From: Poseidonia sp.
Lineage (GTDB): Archaea > Thermoplasmatota > Poseidoniia > Poseidoniales > Poseidoniaceae
Reading direction: 5' to 3'
Length of the DNA: 64,000 nucleotides
NCBI GenBank assembly: GCA_030827475.1
Contig: JAUREJ010000006.1
Span: forward strand, 4,024 to 68,023
In this document: one piece after another, positions 1 to 9,612 of the stretch
Layout of the letters: the number at the start of each line of letters is the position of its first letter
Numbering within the stretch: position 1 is the first letter of the stretch
Notes under the pieces: model-generated
What the model was told of the DNA's origin: nothing
Seen by the model: only the letters and a program-made list of their open reading frames with translations
Database searches by the model: none
Translations under genes and position numbers: made by a program

Positions 1-264
1 AGTCACTTTCGCATTGGAATCAACAAGCGGCATGGATTTGCCGACGGAAGTTCCCGTCCTCGCACGGTCGTGAATGTGGTCGCCAGCGGGTTTGGGCTCT
101 TTGCCGCCCACGGTTTCAGGAATAAAATCCAGGTCTCTTGGACGCATGGTCGGGTTGGAACCCCCCGAGCCGGGGGGAGGAAAGGATTGCTTCCCTGCAA
201 CTCGCTTTCCGTCCTTTCGCACCTCCGAGGACGAGGCGCCCGGTTGTTGCTTGTAGGACCCCAT
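1..264 (-). CDS. Molybdopterin-binding large subunit of the xanthine dehydrogenase / aerobic CO dehydrogenase family, N-terminal fragment running off the left window edge
   Basis: Absent from the ORF track because it is open at the edge. Hand translation of the minus strand from ATG 264..262 gives MGSYKQQPGASSSEV...TGTSVGKSMPLVDSNAKVT. The VGKSxxxxDxxxKVT stretch is typical of CoxL/XdhA-type N-termini. The ORF starts 5 nt downstream of the CoxS-like stop. The start codon is uncertain (an internal ATG is possible). Confidence 0.5.
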   Translation of the reverse strand, partial: MGSYKQQPGASSSEVRKDGKRVAGKQSFPPPGSGGSNPTMRPRDLDFIPETVGGKEPKPAGDHIHDRARTGTSVGKSMPLVDSNAKVT

Positions 265-269
265 GGTGA

Positions 270-872
270 TCACTTCGCATGGCCGGGCGGCATGGTGGGC
301 TCCTCGGGCCCTGATGGATGAGGGTCGGGATGGGGTGAACTGGCCGGTTCTGCAGCCTCGGCGTCGCCTCGGTGAATGGCTGCCGCAGCCTCAATGGCAT
401 CGATGATCTGCTGATACCCCGTGCAACGGCAGAGGTTCCCTTCAATCGCCGTTGCGATTTCCTCTCGAGACGGGGCATCGTTTTCGTTGAGCAAAGCCTG
501 CGATGCCACGAGGAAACCAGGGGTGCAAAAACCGCATTGTGAGCCACCGTGAGTCGCAAAACAGGTTTGAATGGGGGCAAGGTGGGCGCCGTTTGAGAGG
601 CCTTCAACCGTGACGATATCCGCTCCTTCAACCTGACCGGCGAGCGTGAGGCAAGAGAGCTTGGGGACTCCATCGATCATCACCGTACAGCAACCGCACG
701 TGCCCAAATCGCAGCCCCGTTTCACACCGAGCGTTCCAACCTTGTCGCGAAGAACATCGAGGAGCACGGCGTTGCTCGGAGCGAGCACTTCAACCGCTTG
801 ACCGTTCACCGTTGCCAGCCATGGACGGCCCTTCGGCGATGGAATCATCGGCACGTGTTCCTTGCCCACCAT
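270..872 (-). CDS. [2Fe-2S]-binding small subunit of the xanthine dehydrogenase / CO dehydrogenase family (CoxS-like)
   Basis: Two cluster motifs are present: CDLGTCGCCTV, and CGFCTPGF followed by CRCTGY. The size (200 aa) is typical. Confidence 0.9.
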   Translation of the reverse strand: MVGKEHVPMIPSPKGRPWLATVNGQAVEVLAPSNAVLLDVLRDKVGTLGVKRGCDLGTCGCCTVMIDGVPKLSCLTLAGQVEGADIVTVEGLSNGAHLAPIQTCFATHGGSQCGFCTPGFLVASQALLNENDAPSREEIATAIEGNLCRCTGYQQIIDAIEAAAAIHRGDAEAAEPASSPHPDPHPSGPEEPTMPPGHAK

Positions 873-953
873 GGTCGTCCCTGATGTTGCGTAGGCCCTT
901 CACCCTTTGATAATTGGGGGAGCACAACCTCAACGGACCGGGAAGAACGGAAC

Positions 954-2114
954 TTATTCTTCCTCGCTCAAAGGCGTTGTTTCTTCGTTTTTTACGGGTC
1001 CGTCAGTCGCTTCATCGCCCAACGGGTCAATCTTCTCTGAGTCGGCTAATTCGGTGAATTCTCCACCGAACTCACTCTCTCGCTCTTCGATGGCGTTTCT
1101 CAAAACAAGGCCGTGGTAAACCCTCAATTTTTTTGATTTCACCAGGTCGTTCACCACCCGTTCAACCTTCTGTAGTTCTTCAAGCGACTCGCAAGCCTCG
1201 ATGGTATCCAAACAACGGCGGTACTCTTGCCGGCGAGCGAAGTAGACGCCCAAGTAAACGGGAATCAGAAGGAGGGGGATCACGAGTTCTTCAAAGACAA
1301 TCTCACTCACACCGGAGACCGAAAATTCCATGTCGTCTTCTTGGAATTCCTTGGAAAACGAGCCCGGGCCCAAACCTCCAGCGTAGAACAACCCGGTGTT
1401 GATGCCGAAATACATGTTGAACGGCGTTTCCTCGGGATCGAAACGGTCCGAGCCCCGATCGAGTTCAACGTCATCGGGCCACCCGTCGTTGTCGTTGTCG
1501 TGATCTAATACATCGGGAATGGTGTCCGCATCGGAATCGAGCGGTGTCGACTCAGCATTGTAGGGATCATAAAGCACCGTTCCCGTTGAGGCTGACCGTT
1601 CCATTTCATTCCGGATTCCGTCCCCATCTGCATCGTCGTCATATTGGTCGGGAACAAAGTCGCCGTCAATATCCGAACATCCAACGAGGCGAATACGACT
1701 TTTCCCGAAGGTAAACGGGCAGTCGTCAGAAAGAGCATGCTGACCTTGGTCCGCATAGCCATCGCCGTCCATATCGGACCAGATGAGAGGCTGATCGGGC
1801 CACTTGTCGGCCGAATTCTCCGTGCCGTCGCCATCACGATCGGCATCCGAGTTGTCCCCTATGCCATCTCCGTCAAGGTCTCGATGCTCGGTTGCATTGT
1901 TTGGAAAGGCATCAGCGCCGTTGCTTTCGTTCCAACTTGCATCCGGGTCGGACCAGCCATCACCGTCGGAGTCCAAGCACCCCACCCTGTCTTCTGTGGA
2001 ATCGCCAGCGACCTCGCAGGAATCGGTGCTTTCTGAAGACGATTGAGCGCTGACGCCGCTTGCCAAGATGCTCATGAGGAGAAGGAGCAGCACGAGCGGA
2101 ACGCCACACTTCAT
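954..2114 (-). CDS. Secreted, C-terminally membrane-anchored protein with thrombospondin type-3-like Ca-binding repeats
   Basis: Start moved to the internal ATG at 2114, giving the signal peptide MKCGVPLVLLLLLMSILASGVSA. Repeated DxDGDGxxD motifs are present (DSDGDGWSD, DLDGDGIGD, DADRDGDG, DMDGDGYAD, DIDGDFVPD, DADGDGIRN). A hydrophobic segment LVIPLLLIPVYLGVYFA is followed by a charged tail. Confidence 0.7.
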   Translation of the reverse strand: MKCGVPLVLLLLLMSILASGVSAQSSSESTDSCEVAGDSTEDRVGCLDSDGDGWSDPDASWNESNGADAFPNNATEHRDLDGDGIGDNSDADRDGDGTENSADKWPDQPLIWSDMDGDGYADQGQHALSDDCPFTFGKSRIRLVGCSDIDGDFVPDQYDDDADGDGIRNEMERSASTGTVLYDPYNAESTPLDSDADTIPDVLDHDNDNDGWPDDVELDRGSDRFDPEETPFNMYFGINTGLFYAGGLGPGSFSKEFQEDDMEFSVSGVSEIVFEELVIPLLLIPVYLGVYFARRQEYRRCLDTIEACESLEELQKVERVVNDLVKSKKLRVYHGLVLRNAIEERESEFGGEFTELADSEKIDPLGDEATDGPVKNEETTPLSEEE

Positions 2115-2202
2115 GGCGAGTAGAGCTTTGGGGTTCCTAATGGCTTTATTGGACGGGGATGCTGGGGAACTTTTGAATAGGACACGCCACAATTCTTAAT
2201 TC

Positions 2203-2757
2203 ATGAACAAAGTAACCATTTTGCTCGTCGTTACCCTCTTTCTCTCTCCTTTGAGTGGTTGCACAGGCGATGAAGAAGCAGAGGTCGTTGCTTTTCCGGT
2301 GTTTTCACAAACGGCTGATAACGGAGAAACCTACGACAACGCCCGCATGAGCGGGGCTCCTTACATCGTCATCTTCTCGGCAGAATGGTGCAACAACCCT
2401 TGCTACACCACCATGCACACCATTTGGAACACCATCCCTGAAACCACCGTACTGGTGATGTCCACCGACCCCGTCGCCAACGCTGGTGGACTCACCCTTT
2501 CCGAATGGCATGAATCTGCCAACGCCTACGACGACAACGACGACAACGGCGACGGAACCGTGGATGAATCGGAAGAGGGAGTCAGCCTGACTACCTACGC
2601 CTTCATGAAAGGAAGTGATGCCGGTGAAGCCCTCGACATCACGAAGCCAGGTTCGGTGGTGTTCGTGAACAGCGAGGGCGAAGTGACCTTCATGAACGAA
2701 GGGCGAATGGACGACTCCGCTGTGATCCAAGAAAAATGGGACGAAGCATCGGCTTGA
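2203..2757 (+). CDS. Lipoprotein, possibly thioredoxin-fold, with an atypical WCNNPC motif
   Basis: Lipobox LSPLSGC follows a hydrophobic N-terminus. IVIFSAEWCNNPC resembles the TlpA/thioredoxin WCxxC context but has CxxxC spacing. An acidic D/N-rich insert is present. Confidence 0.5.
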   Translation: MNKVTILLVVTLFLSPLSGCTGDEEAEVVAFPVFSQTADNGETYDNARMSGAPYIVIFSAEWCNNPCYTTMHTIWNTIPETTVLVMSTDPVANAGGLTLSEWHESANAYDDNDDNGDGTVDESEEGVSLTTYAFMKGSDAGEALDITKPGSVVFVNSEGEVTFMNEGRMDDSAVIQEKWDEASA

Positions 2758-2795
2758 ATAGCCCGTTAGGTCCAACTTTGAGGGGCGCAAACCGT

Positions 2796-4775
2796 TCATT
2801 CGGGCACATCGGCCTCGTTGACAACCGCTTCGATGTCGTCGTCAACGCTGAAGACCTTCTCCACCATGGTGGCTTCTTCGGCACGGTTGATGACGTACAT
2901 GCCAAGAACCACAAGGAGCAGCAAGAACAGGCCCGCTGCAGGCACTGCCCAGTCGGAAAGCGCTCCGAAGACGCCTTCATCTTCCCCACCGTTCTTTGCA
3001 TTGGCCGTGTCCATGAGCATCACGTTGAGCGAGACAAGAGGCGTGGAGGATGGAGGGCCGAGCGGGTCGGTTTCGTTGGCGATGAGGCCGCGGAGGGAGA
3101 AGGTGTGGTTGCCCTCAACCTCGATGCCGGGTAGGTGTTCAAGTTGGTGCACGATGGTGCTCAACTCAAGAGATGCCGTGGTGTCTCCTTCGTCGAACGT
3201 GTGAAGATTTGCCCAATCGTCCCGCAGGTGGTTGCTGCGCCACTGGACCGTACTCACCTCACCTTGAACATCGACTTCAATGCTGTCGCCGGGCTTGAGG
3301 TGAATTCGGTCGTCTACACCCGCTTCGGTGGTGACCACCAGCGAACGTGAGGTGTCAAAGGCGTAATCCCGCTGAGCAGCCTCCATGACCGCTGCAAGCG
3401 CTTCGACATGGCCGTGGCCGTAGACGTTGTTCTGCCGATTTTTCGGGATTTGGTCCTCAAGGCAGGGTTCGTTGGCGAGCATGTAATGGCATTGTCGATA
3501 CGTTGCCGTTTCCTGCAGGATGTTGCGGACATCAAAGGGCGACAAATCGGGGTTGGCTTGGAGCATGAGAGCTACGGTACCAGCGACACCAGGGGTGGCC
3601 ATGCTCGTTCCGCTGAAGGCAACGTATCCGTCCCCTGAGTTGTGTTGAACCGACATGACATCGGAGCCCACAAAGGCAACGTTGGGTTTCACGCGCCCTT
3701 CTTCGGTTGGACCTTGGCTGCTGTAAACGGCGATGGCGGTGTTCTTGTCCAACGCCCCAACCGTGATGACGTCCTCAGCGGAACCGGGGGTTCCAATTTG
3801 TGCAGAGGCGAAACTGTTGCCTGCTGCGATGAGCATCGTAATGCCCGCCCGTACCATTTCGTTGGCGTATCGGTTCACGCTGTCCTCTTCAGACGAGGTC
3901 CATTCAATCGGACCCGGTCCACCAAGGCTCATCGATGCAGCCCGAATGTTAAACTTGAAGCGGTTGTCAACCGTCCACTCCATGCCGGCCATCACCGTTG
4001 CAAAACTTCCGGACCCGCCCGCATCCAGAACCTTGACGCCGACCAAGTAGGCTTGAGGCGCCATCCCTGGGTGTTCAAAGGTCGGAGCACCGGTCCCAGC
4101 CACCGTTCCTGCACAGTGCGAACCGTGGCCTTGGTCGTCGTAAGCTTGAATTTCCGTTCCATTGGTCTTGTCGGGGTTGTTCACGGGGTCGTAGAAACCG
4201 ATGACCTTCGGGTCATAGGTGCTGTCATCGTCGTCGAGATCGTCCAACCCAGCATGGGTGCTGTCGATGCCCGTGTCGATGACGGCGACGGTGACGCCCG
4301 AGCCGTCGTAGCCGGTCTGTTGTTGGGCCAAATCGACTTCATGAATTACAGCGGCATCCCCGTTTTGAATCGTGAGAATGCCGTCGAGCTCAAGCATCAC
4401 GACGCCCGGGAGGGTCGTCGTTTCCAAAATCATGTTGTGGGGAACTCGCCCTGCAACCGCATCGATGTGCTTGAGGGTCCACTGGTGTTGGAAACCGACT
4501 TCTCGCTCCAGCATGGAAACGTCAGCCTCTGTTGGCGTGTGGTCAAAGTCAATGATCAGCGGAAGGGTGTTGGCTTCGTCCAAAAACAACGGATGGTCGT
4601 TGTATTTCTCAACCATATCGCCGATGCCGTTCTTGTTGCGGTCAACCGTCGTATCAACCCACCAACCGATGTCTTCTCCATCGTCAAGGCTGGTATGGAC
4701 GGGGACCGCAGATGCAAACAACGGGGTCATCATCAGCGCAAAGCAAAATGCCGAGAGAAGGGTGCGGTTCATCAT
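2796..4775 (-). CDS. Subtilisin-family (S8) serine protease with signal peptide and C-terminal transmembrane anchor
   Basis: Catalytic triad contexts are VAVIDTGID (Asp), HGSHCAGTVAG (His) and GTSMATPGVAG (Ser). Start moved to ATG 4775 (MMNRTLLSAFCFALMMTPLFASA signal peptide). The C-terminal TM is AAGLFLLLLVVLGMYVI, followed by an acidic tail. Confidence 0.9.
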   Translation of the reverse strand: MMNRTLLSAFCFALMMTPLFASAVPVHTSLDDGEDIGWWVDTTVDRNKNGIGDMVEKYNDHPLFLDEANTLPLIIDFDHTPTEADVSMLEREVGFQHQWTLKHIDAVAGRVPHNMILETTTLPGVVMLELDGILTIQNGDAAVIHEVDLAQQQTGYDGSGVTVAVIDTGIDSTHAGLDDLDDDDSTYDPKVIGFYDPVNNPDKTNGTEIQAYDDQGHGSHCAGTVAGTGAPTFEHPGMAPQAYLVGVKVLDAGGSGSFATVMAGMEWTVDNRFKFNIRAASMSLGGPGPIEWTSSEEDSVNRYANEMVRAGITMLIAAGNSFASAQIGTPGSAEDVITVGALDKNTAIAVYSSQGPTEEGRVKPNVAFVGSDVMSVQHNSGDGYVAFSGTSMATPGVAGTVALMLQANPDLSPFDVRNILQETATYRQCHYMLANEPCLEDQIPKNRQNNVYGHGHVEALAAVMEAAQRDYAFDTSRSLVVTTEAGVDDRIHLKPGDSIEVDVQGEVSTVQWRSNHLRDDWANLHTFDEGDTTASLELSTIVHQLEHLPGIEVEGNHTFSLRGLIANETDPLGPPSSTPLVSLNVMLMDTANAKNGGEDEGVFGALSDWAVPAAGLFLLLLVVLGMYVINRAEEATMVEKVFSVDDDIEAVVNEADVPE

Positions 4776-4915
4776 CTCACCGTACTTTGCGACGTGAGGG
4801 AGGGTCTTCAATTCATTGGAGGCCCTTGAAGCCGGTTTCGCCTCAGTTTTCATGTTCTCCACCAAAATGCAGGGTGAAATGTTAAGTCTGCACGGACAAG
4901 GCACAAGCGATTGTC

Positions 4916-7900
4916 ATGGCCGCACCGCGTCGTCGTAAAATCCAAGCCCCACAACCAGCAACCTCCGCAACCTCAAGCGCCTCTCCGATGCAAGGCGGCC
5001 TCAGGGCAGACGGTCAAACCAGCGCACCACCGATGACCGTTCATGCCCCGGGGTCTTCGGTTCGAGAACAGGACATGTTCATGCTCAAAGTGTCTCAACT
5101 CGTGATGATGGGCATCGGTTTCCTTGCGATTTGGGGTGGAATTTTCAGCGTCGCGTTCGACGAGGAAGCGACGAATGAGAACTTCCTCGTGCTCTTTATC
5201 GGCGGGTTGGCCTCGTTTGCCGTATCCATTGCCTTGATTGAACTCCAAAGCAAAAAGAACGATTACCACCTCCAAGACATCCAAAACTATATTCTCGGTA
5301 TCGCCTTTTTCTTCTCCACCGTTGGTGTGTTGTGGGGCACTCGTTACCTCGTCGCCGTTGCGACGGGGACATTTGAGTTGGACGTGTTTGGCGACCCTTC
5401 AGCCTACACCGATACGGATTGGTCGCCGAATGCCAACGCCATCTACGCCCAAACCGCAACCAGTTTGCTCCTCACCTACGGGCATTACCGATTGCTCAAA
5501 CGCTACAACGGGCAAACCAGTTTCGGATGGGGCGTTGCAACCTATGCGCCCATGGCGATTCTCCTTGCGGGCGTGGGTCCTTGGATGCGGTGGTCCAACG
5601 ACGTCGTGAGTTGGGAACTCGGCATCGCCATGCTGAGCATCACCTTGGTTTCGTTGGAAATGTCGCTGCGTTCGAACAGAGCCCTCAATTTTGTGGTCGT
5701 GGCCTTTGTTGCAGGTTTGGTTCCTCTCGTTTACGAAGGGCTGAACACCAACGCCCCGGTGGACGGCACGGGCGGTGCACTCTCCCTCATGGTGTTCATC
5801 ATCGCCATCCAGGGGTATTTTGCCGCAAAGGAAGATCTACGAAAAGAGGTCATGGAACGGGCTTCGTTGTTCTTGATCGGCCAAGTCGTGTTCGCTCTTT
5901 TCCTCGTCCGAATCTCGTCGAACGAGTTTAACCTCATCCTCGGTCCGTTTCGTGCCGGTGACTATCCCGCTATCGCCGATTACATCAATGTCCCCGTCGC
6001 TTTGTGGTGTACCGTTCTGTTCGCATATTTTCCCGCAGTCCTGAAACAGCGAGTTCCGTGGATGCCCATCGGTTTAGCCGTGGCGCTGCTCGTCCTCCCG
6101 ATGGCGTCCTCAACCGTGCCGTGGGTGCTCAGCATGCTCATTCTCCCCTACATGGTCTTCATCTCAAAAGTCGCCAGAACATGGGTTGTGAACTTGACGA
6201 TGTTGGCTTTCAGCGTATCCTACCTCCTTACGGATTGGTATGCGTACACCCAAGACATCCCCGTCAAGGAGGCGTTTGGAGGCACGTGGCTGCACGTGCT
6301 CATACCGGTGTTCCTCCTCAGCGTCGCTGAACTTGGACGTTCTCGCGAACGGCTCCAAACGAGTATCACGCTGGCGATGATCGGTTCGGTTATCCTCTCG
6401 AGGGCCATTCTTGACCCCGAATGGTACCTTCCCTGGTTGCTTGTTGCGTACATGTTCTCGATCAACTGGCGCATGCTTCGCACGGCCACACCGTTGACGC
6501 TCCAACACCGAAAGGACGTCACGCTCTCGGTGATCTTCACCACCCTCACCGTTCTTTTGCTCGCCGTCCTCGACAACCTGACGATTCCGGATGTTGCGGT
6601 TCTTGAGGAGCTTATAGGGTTGGGCTTCCGACCGCAATTTTTGATCTTGACTATCGCCCTCTATGCGGTTTCAACAAAGGCTCGCTCCGTTGAACTTGAC
6701 ATGGGTTCGGTCCTCAAGTGGTTGGACCAGGGAAATGCTGCGACACCCACTTACGACACCGAAAGCGGAACATGGGTTGTCCAGGACGCCACGGAGACCA
6801 GCACGGAGGAGGCGATAGCCGAGGCTGCATGGGGTCCTATGGCACGGTTGTCCGTCGGTGGCTGGTTAATGCTGTTCACCCTCTCCATCAGCACAATACG
6901 AGGTGATGTGTGGGCCAGCGACCCGTACATCGTGCTGTTGCTCGTTCTACCGGTCGCCTTGCTGGTGCGGGACATTGTGCAGATGGACACCATCGGCTCC
7001 ATCGACAGAGCCGTTGGTGTTGCCCTCCTCATCTTCCTCGCCGTTCCGCTCTCGTGGAAGTTGTACGACGCAGGGGCGGCTGGAAACGATGTTCTCCAGG
7101 CAGGCCTTTTGTTGGATGCCATCTTGGTGGCCGCGCCTTTTGTGGTGAACGGTGTCATCATGCGCCGAGGCGTCGACGAAACATCGCTCAACCGTTCTGC
7201 TGACGGAGCGATGTACCTGATGTTGCTCGGTTTGGCCTTGCTTGACACTTCAGGCGGACTTCTGTTCTTGCCCTTGGCGGTTTTGGTGGCCTGGCGCACC
7301 GTTCGCCATCGTTTCCACGGGCTGACCTTGTTGGTTCCGCTTGCGGTTTTGATAGCGGATATCGGCAGCGATTCTGCAGGATTGGTTGCAAAGGCCATCG
7401 AAGCCCTTCCGGCATCGGTGGGCGACTATCTGATGAACAACCACAACGGACCGTTCCCTGCCTTTGAGGGGCTTCTCATCATGGTTCACATGACCTCCCA
7501 ACTCTACAGCATGTACAAAACGGACGAATCCGAGGAAGGAAGCGGTCATTGGGTGATGGGAGCCATCTTTTGGTTCACGTTGGCGCTTCTTTCCATCCTT
7601 CCCGACGGCTATTGGATTCCAACGCTGGTCACGCTCCTGCTGATGCCGTACCTGTACGCCAGCAACAGAAGCGATGGCCTTCCCCTCACGCTTGGATTGC
7701 TCTTCGTTTCGTTGTTTATTGGATTCGTCGGCAGCGACACCTTCCAACCCATCACCGATGGGGATGCGGCGGGCTGGAGCGGTGTACTCACCGGCGCAGG
7801 CGGCTGCATAATGGCAGCGCTTCATGCAAAAGGCATGCTCTTCAAGCAAGCACCTGAGGATGAAGAAGAACAACGGAAACAAAACGATGTCGCTCAACTT

Positions 7901-9019
7901 GCCGTCCAAATCGGCGGTTTGGGTTTTGTTGCAGGATATAGCGTGTTTTACGGCCTGGGCCCATTGTTGGGCTTGGCCATCCTCTCGTGGTCCATGCTTC
8001 GAAATGGAAAGCTCGGAGGCGTGTTGCTCTTCCCGCTCCTCTCTACCTTCAGCATCATCAACATCATGATCCAGAGCGATCTTGGCACCGACGACCAACA
8101 AACCACCGTGGCTGGTTTGGCGTTGGCCGTTCAAGGCCTGATCTTGACCCTTCTTTCTGCAAAGGACGACCTCATGTACGATTGGGAAAGGGCTTCGTGG
8201 GACTCTGACGACACTTTCTTTGCCTTCATGGACCGCCTTGGTCTCGCAGGCTTGACGTATTCTCTTCTTGGCGTTTATTTGGCTTTGAACACCGCAGATT
8301 TGGAATCGATTGCCTACTTGCTCATGACGGTCTATCTCGTCATCGTTGGCGTGCAAGGCTTCGACGAAGAAAACGATGCCGTTTGGCGGCGCGGCTTGGG
8401 TGGCTACGGTTCGATCTTCACCGCGCTTTTGTTCGCAAACTCCCTCGAGAGTCCCCTCTTCGGCGCCATCGCCTTCGTTTTGATGGGAATTATTGCACTC
8501 GGTTTCGGCTTCCTGTTCATGCAACGCATGAACGAAGACGATGGCATCTATGTTGACGAGGCAACTCTACCTCTCCCACCCGTGGCGACCAATGCTGGGG
8601 GTACCGAACCTCAGAACCTGACCGATGACGCCGAAAGCCCCCCCGATGAGATGGAGACCAACAATGATGTGGAAATTGAGGAGGCTTCGGAAAACGAGGA
8701 TGCCTCCGAAATCGTGGACGACGAGGTTGACGACATGACCGAATCAACGGAAGCAAAACCCGATGACGATGCGGATGAAGGTGAAATGTTTGATGACGTG
8801 GATGAATCCCCCGCTCAAGAGCCGTCGGTTTCCGCACACAGCGGACTGCTCTCCACTGAAGAAGGGTTCTCACTTCGATTGCCAAGCGATGCGGTGGAGA
8901 AGATCATCGCGACCCTGAAGGTCACCCCGCACGACGGCTACTTGCCGGTGGTTTCCTTCGGTCCGACGGGTGAAATCAAACTCACCTTCGAAGAGGGACA
9001 GAGCACTTCCAAGGCTTGA
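4916..9019 (+). CDS. Giant polytopic membrane protein (1367 aa) with acidic C-terminal tail; function unknown
   Basis: The long ORF has dozens of hydrophobic helix-length segments across about 1,150 aa. These are followed by a D/E-rich low-complexity tract (ESPPDEMETNNDVEIEEASENEDASEIVDDEVDD...) and a short terminal domain of about 70 aa. I see no named motif. The start is uncertain (several in-frame Met in the first 60 codons). Confidence 0.7.
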   Translation: MAAPRRRKIQAPQPATSATSSASPMQGGLRADGQTSAPPMTVHAPGSSVREQDMFMLKVSQLVMMGIGFLAIWGGIFSVAFDEEATNENFLVLFIGGLASFAVSIALIELQSKKNDYHLQDIQNYILGIAFFFSTVGVLWGTRYLVAVATGTFELDVFGDPSAYTDTDWSPNANAIYAQTATSLLLTYGHYRLLKRYNGQTSFGWGVATYAPMAILLAGVGPWMRWSNDVVSWELGIAMLSITLVSLEMSLRSNRALNFVVVAFVAGLVPLVYEGLNTNAPVDGTGGALSLMVFIIAIQGYFAAKEDLRKEVMERASLFLIGQVVFALFLVRISSNEFNLILGPFRAGDYPAIADYINVPVALWCTVLFAYFPAVLKQRVPWMPIGLAVALLVLPMASSTVPWVLSMLILPYMVFISKVARTWVVNLTMLAFSVSYLLTDWYAYTQDIPVKEAFGGTWLHVLIPVFLLSVAELGRSRERLQTSITLAMIGSVILSRAILDPEWYLPWLLVAYMFSINWRMLRTATPLTLQHRKDVTLSVIFTTLTVLLLAVLDNLTIPDVAVLEELIGLGFRPQFLILTIALYAVSTKARSVELDMGSVLKWLDQGNAATPTYDTESGTWVVQDATETSTEEAIAEAAWGPMARLSVGGWLMLFTLSISTIRGDVWASDPYIVLLLVLPVALLVRDIVQMDTIGSIDRAVGVALLIFLAVPLSWKLYDAGAAGNDVLQAGLLLDAILVAAPFVVNGVIMRRGVDETSLNRSADGAMYLMLLGLALLDTSGGLLFLPLAVLVAWRTVRHRFHGLTLLVPLAVLIADIGSDSAGLVAKAIEALPASVGDYLMNNHNGPFPAFEGLLIMVHMTSQLYSMYKTDESEEGSGHWVMGAIFWFTLALLSILPDGYWIPTLVTLLLMPYLYASNRSDGLPLTLGLLFVSLFIGFVGSDTFQPITDGDAAGWSGVLTGAGGCIMAALHAKGMLFKQAPEDEEEQRKQNDVAQLAVQIGGLGFVAGYSVFYGLGPLLGLAILSWSMLRNGKLGGVLLFPLLSTFSIINIMIQSDLGTDDQQTTVAGLALAVQGLILTLLSAKDDLMYDWERASWDSDDTFFAFMDRLGLAGLTYSLLGVYLALNTADLESIAYLLMTVYLVIVGVQGFDEENDAVWRRGLGGYGSIFTALLFANSLESPLFGAIAFVLMGIIALGFGFLFMQRMNEDDGIYVDEATLPLPPVATNAGGTEPQNLTDDAESPPDEMETNNDVEIEEASENEDASEIVDDEVDDMTESTEAKPDDDADEGEMFDDVDESPAQEPSVSAHSGLLSTEEGFSLRLPSDAVEKIIATLKVTPHDGYLPVVSFGPTGEIKLTFEEGQSTSKA

Positions 9020-9063
9020 AGCCACCTGGGAAGAACCAAAGCGTGACGGCCGTACCAACATGC

Positions 9064-9612
9064 ATGGGCGAAGAAGCACATCGGATGGTATGGATGGACC
9101 TTGAGATGACCGGACTTTCAGTTTCGTCAGAATCCATCATCGAAATCGCCACGGTGGTCACCGACGGTGAGCTCAACATCCTCGCTCAAGGACCGAACCT
9201 TGCGATTCGCGTACCGGATGCTTTGCTCGAAGGCATGGACGAATGGAACACCACCCATCATCACAACAGCGGTTTGGTTGACAGAATAAAAAACGAGGGC
9301 GTGACGGTTGAAGAAGCGGAAGAAGCCACATTGGCTTTTCTCTCGCAATGGGTTGAACCCAACACCGCTCCGTTGTGTGGAAACAGCATCTGGAACGACC
9401 GACGCTTCTTGGAAAAGGAAATGCCTCGACTGCTCGACTTCCTCCACTACCGAATGGTGGACGTTTCAACCGTCAAAGAACTTGCACGTCGCTGGTACCC
9501 CAACCTTTCACGCTATCCGAAAAAAGGGGCTCACTTGGCCTTGGACGATGCGCTGGAGAGCATCGAAGAACTTCGTTACTTCAGAGAGCGCATCTTCCAG
9601 CATCAAGATTGA
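9064..9612 (+). CDS. orn: Oligoribonuclease (DEDDh 3'-5' exonuclease)
   Basis: MVWMDLEMTGL...IIEIATVVTD...CGNSIWNDRRFL...HYRMVDVSTVKEL...HLALDDALESIEELRYF matches the Orn exo motifs I-III. Start moved from the TTG at 9016 to ATG 9064. Confidence 0.85.
   Translation: MGEEAHRMVWMDLEMTGLSVSSESIIEIATVVTDGELNILAQGPNLAIRVPDALLEGMDEWNTTHHHNSGLVDRIKNEGVTVEEAEEATLAFLSQWVEPNTAPLCGNSIWNDRRFLEKEMPRLLDFLHYRMVDVSTVKELARRWYPNLSRYPKKGAHLALDDALESIEELRYFRERIFQHQD

Noticed and set aside
3-200. 65-aa minus-strand ORF at the left edge (and 116..673)
   Set aside because: It is in a different frame from the edge-open CoxL-like reading frame, which carries the family-typical VGKS...KVT N-terminus. The listed ORFs have no features.
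3642-4829. 395-aa plus-strand ORF (plus 3733..4050, 4372..4797 and others) opposite the S8 protease gene
   Set aside because: It is antisense to a gene with an unambiguous catalytic triad. The products are Arg/Gly/Val-rich, with no motifs. This is typical of spurious long ORFs in GC-rich DNA.
7250-8524. 424-aa minus-strand ORF inside the 1367-aa membrane protein gene
   Set aside because: It is antisense to a long coherent hydrophobic ORF. Its composition is E/R/G/Q-rich and non-protein-like.
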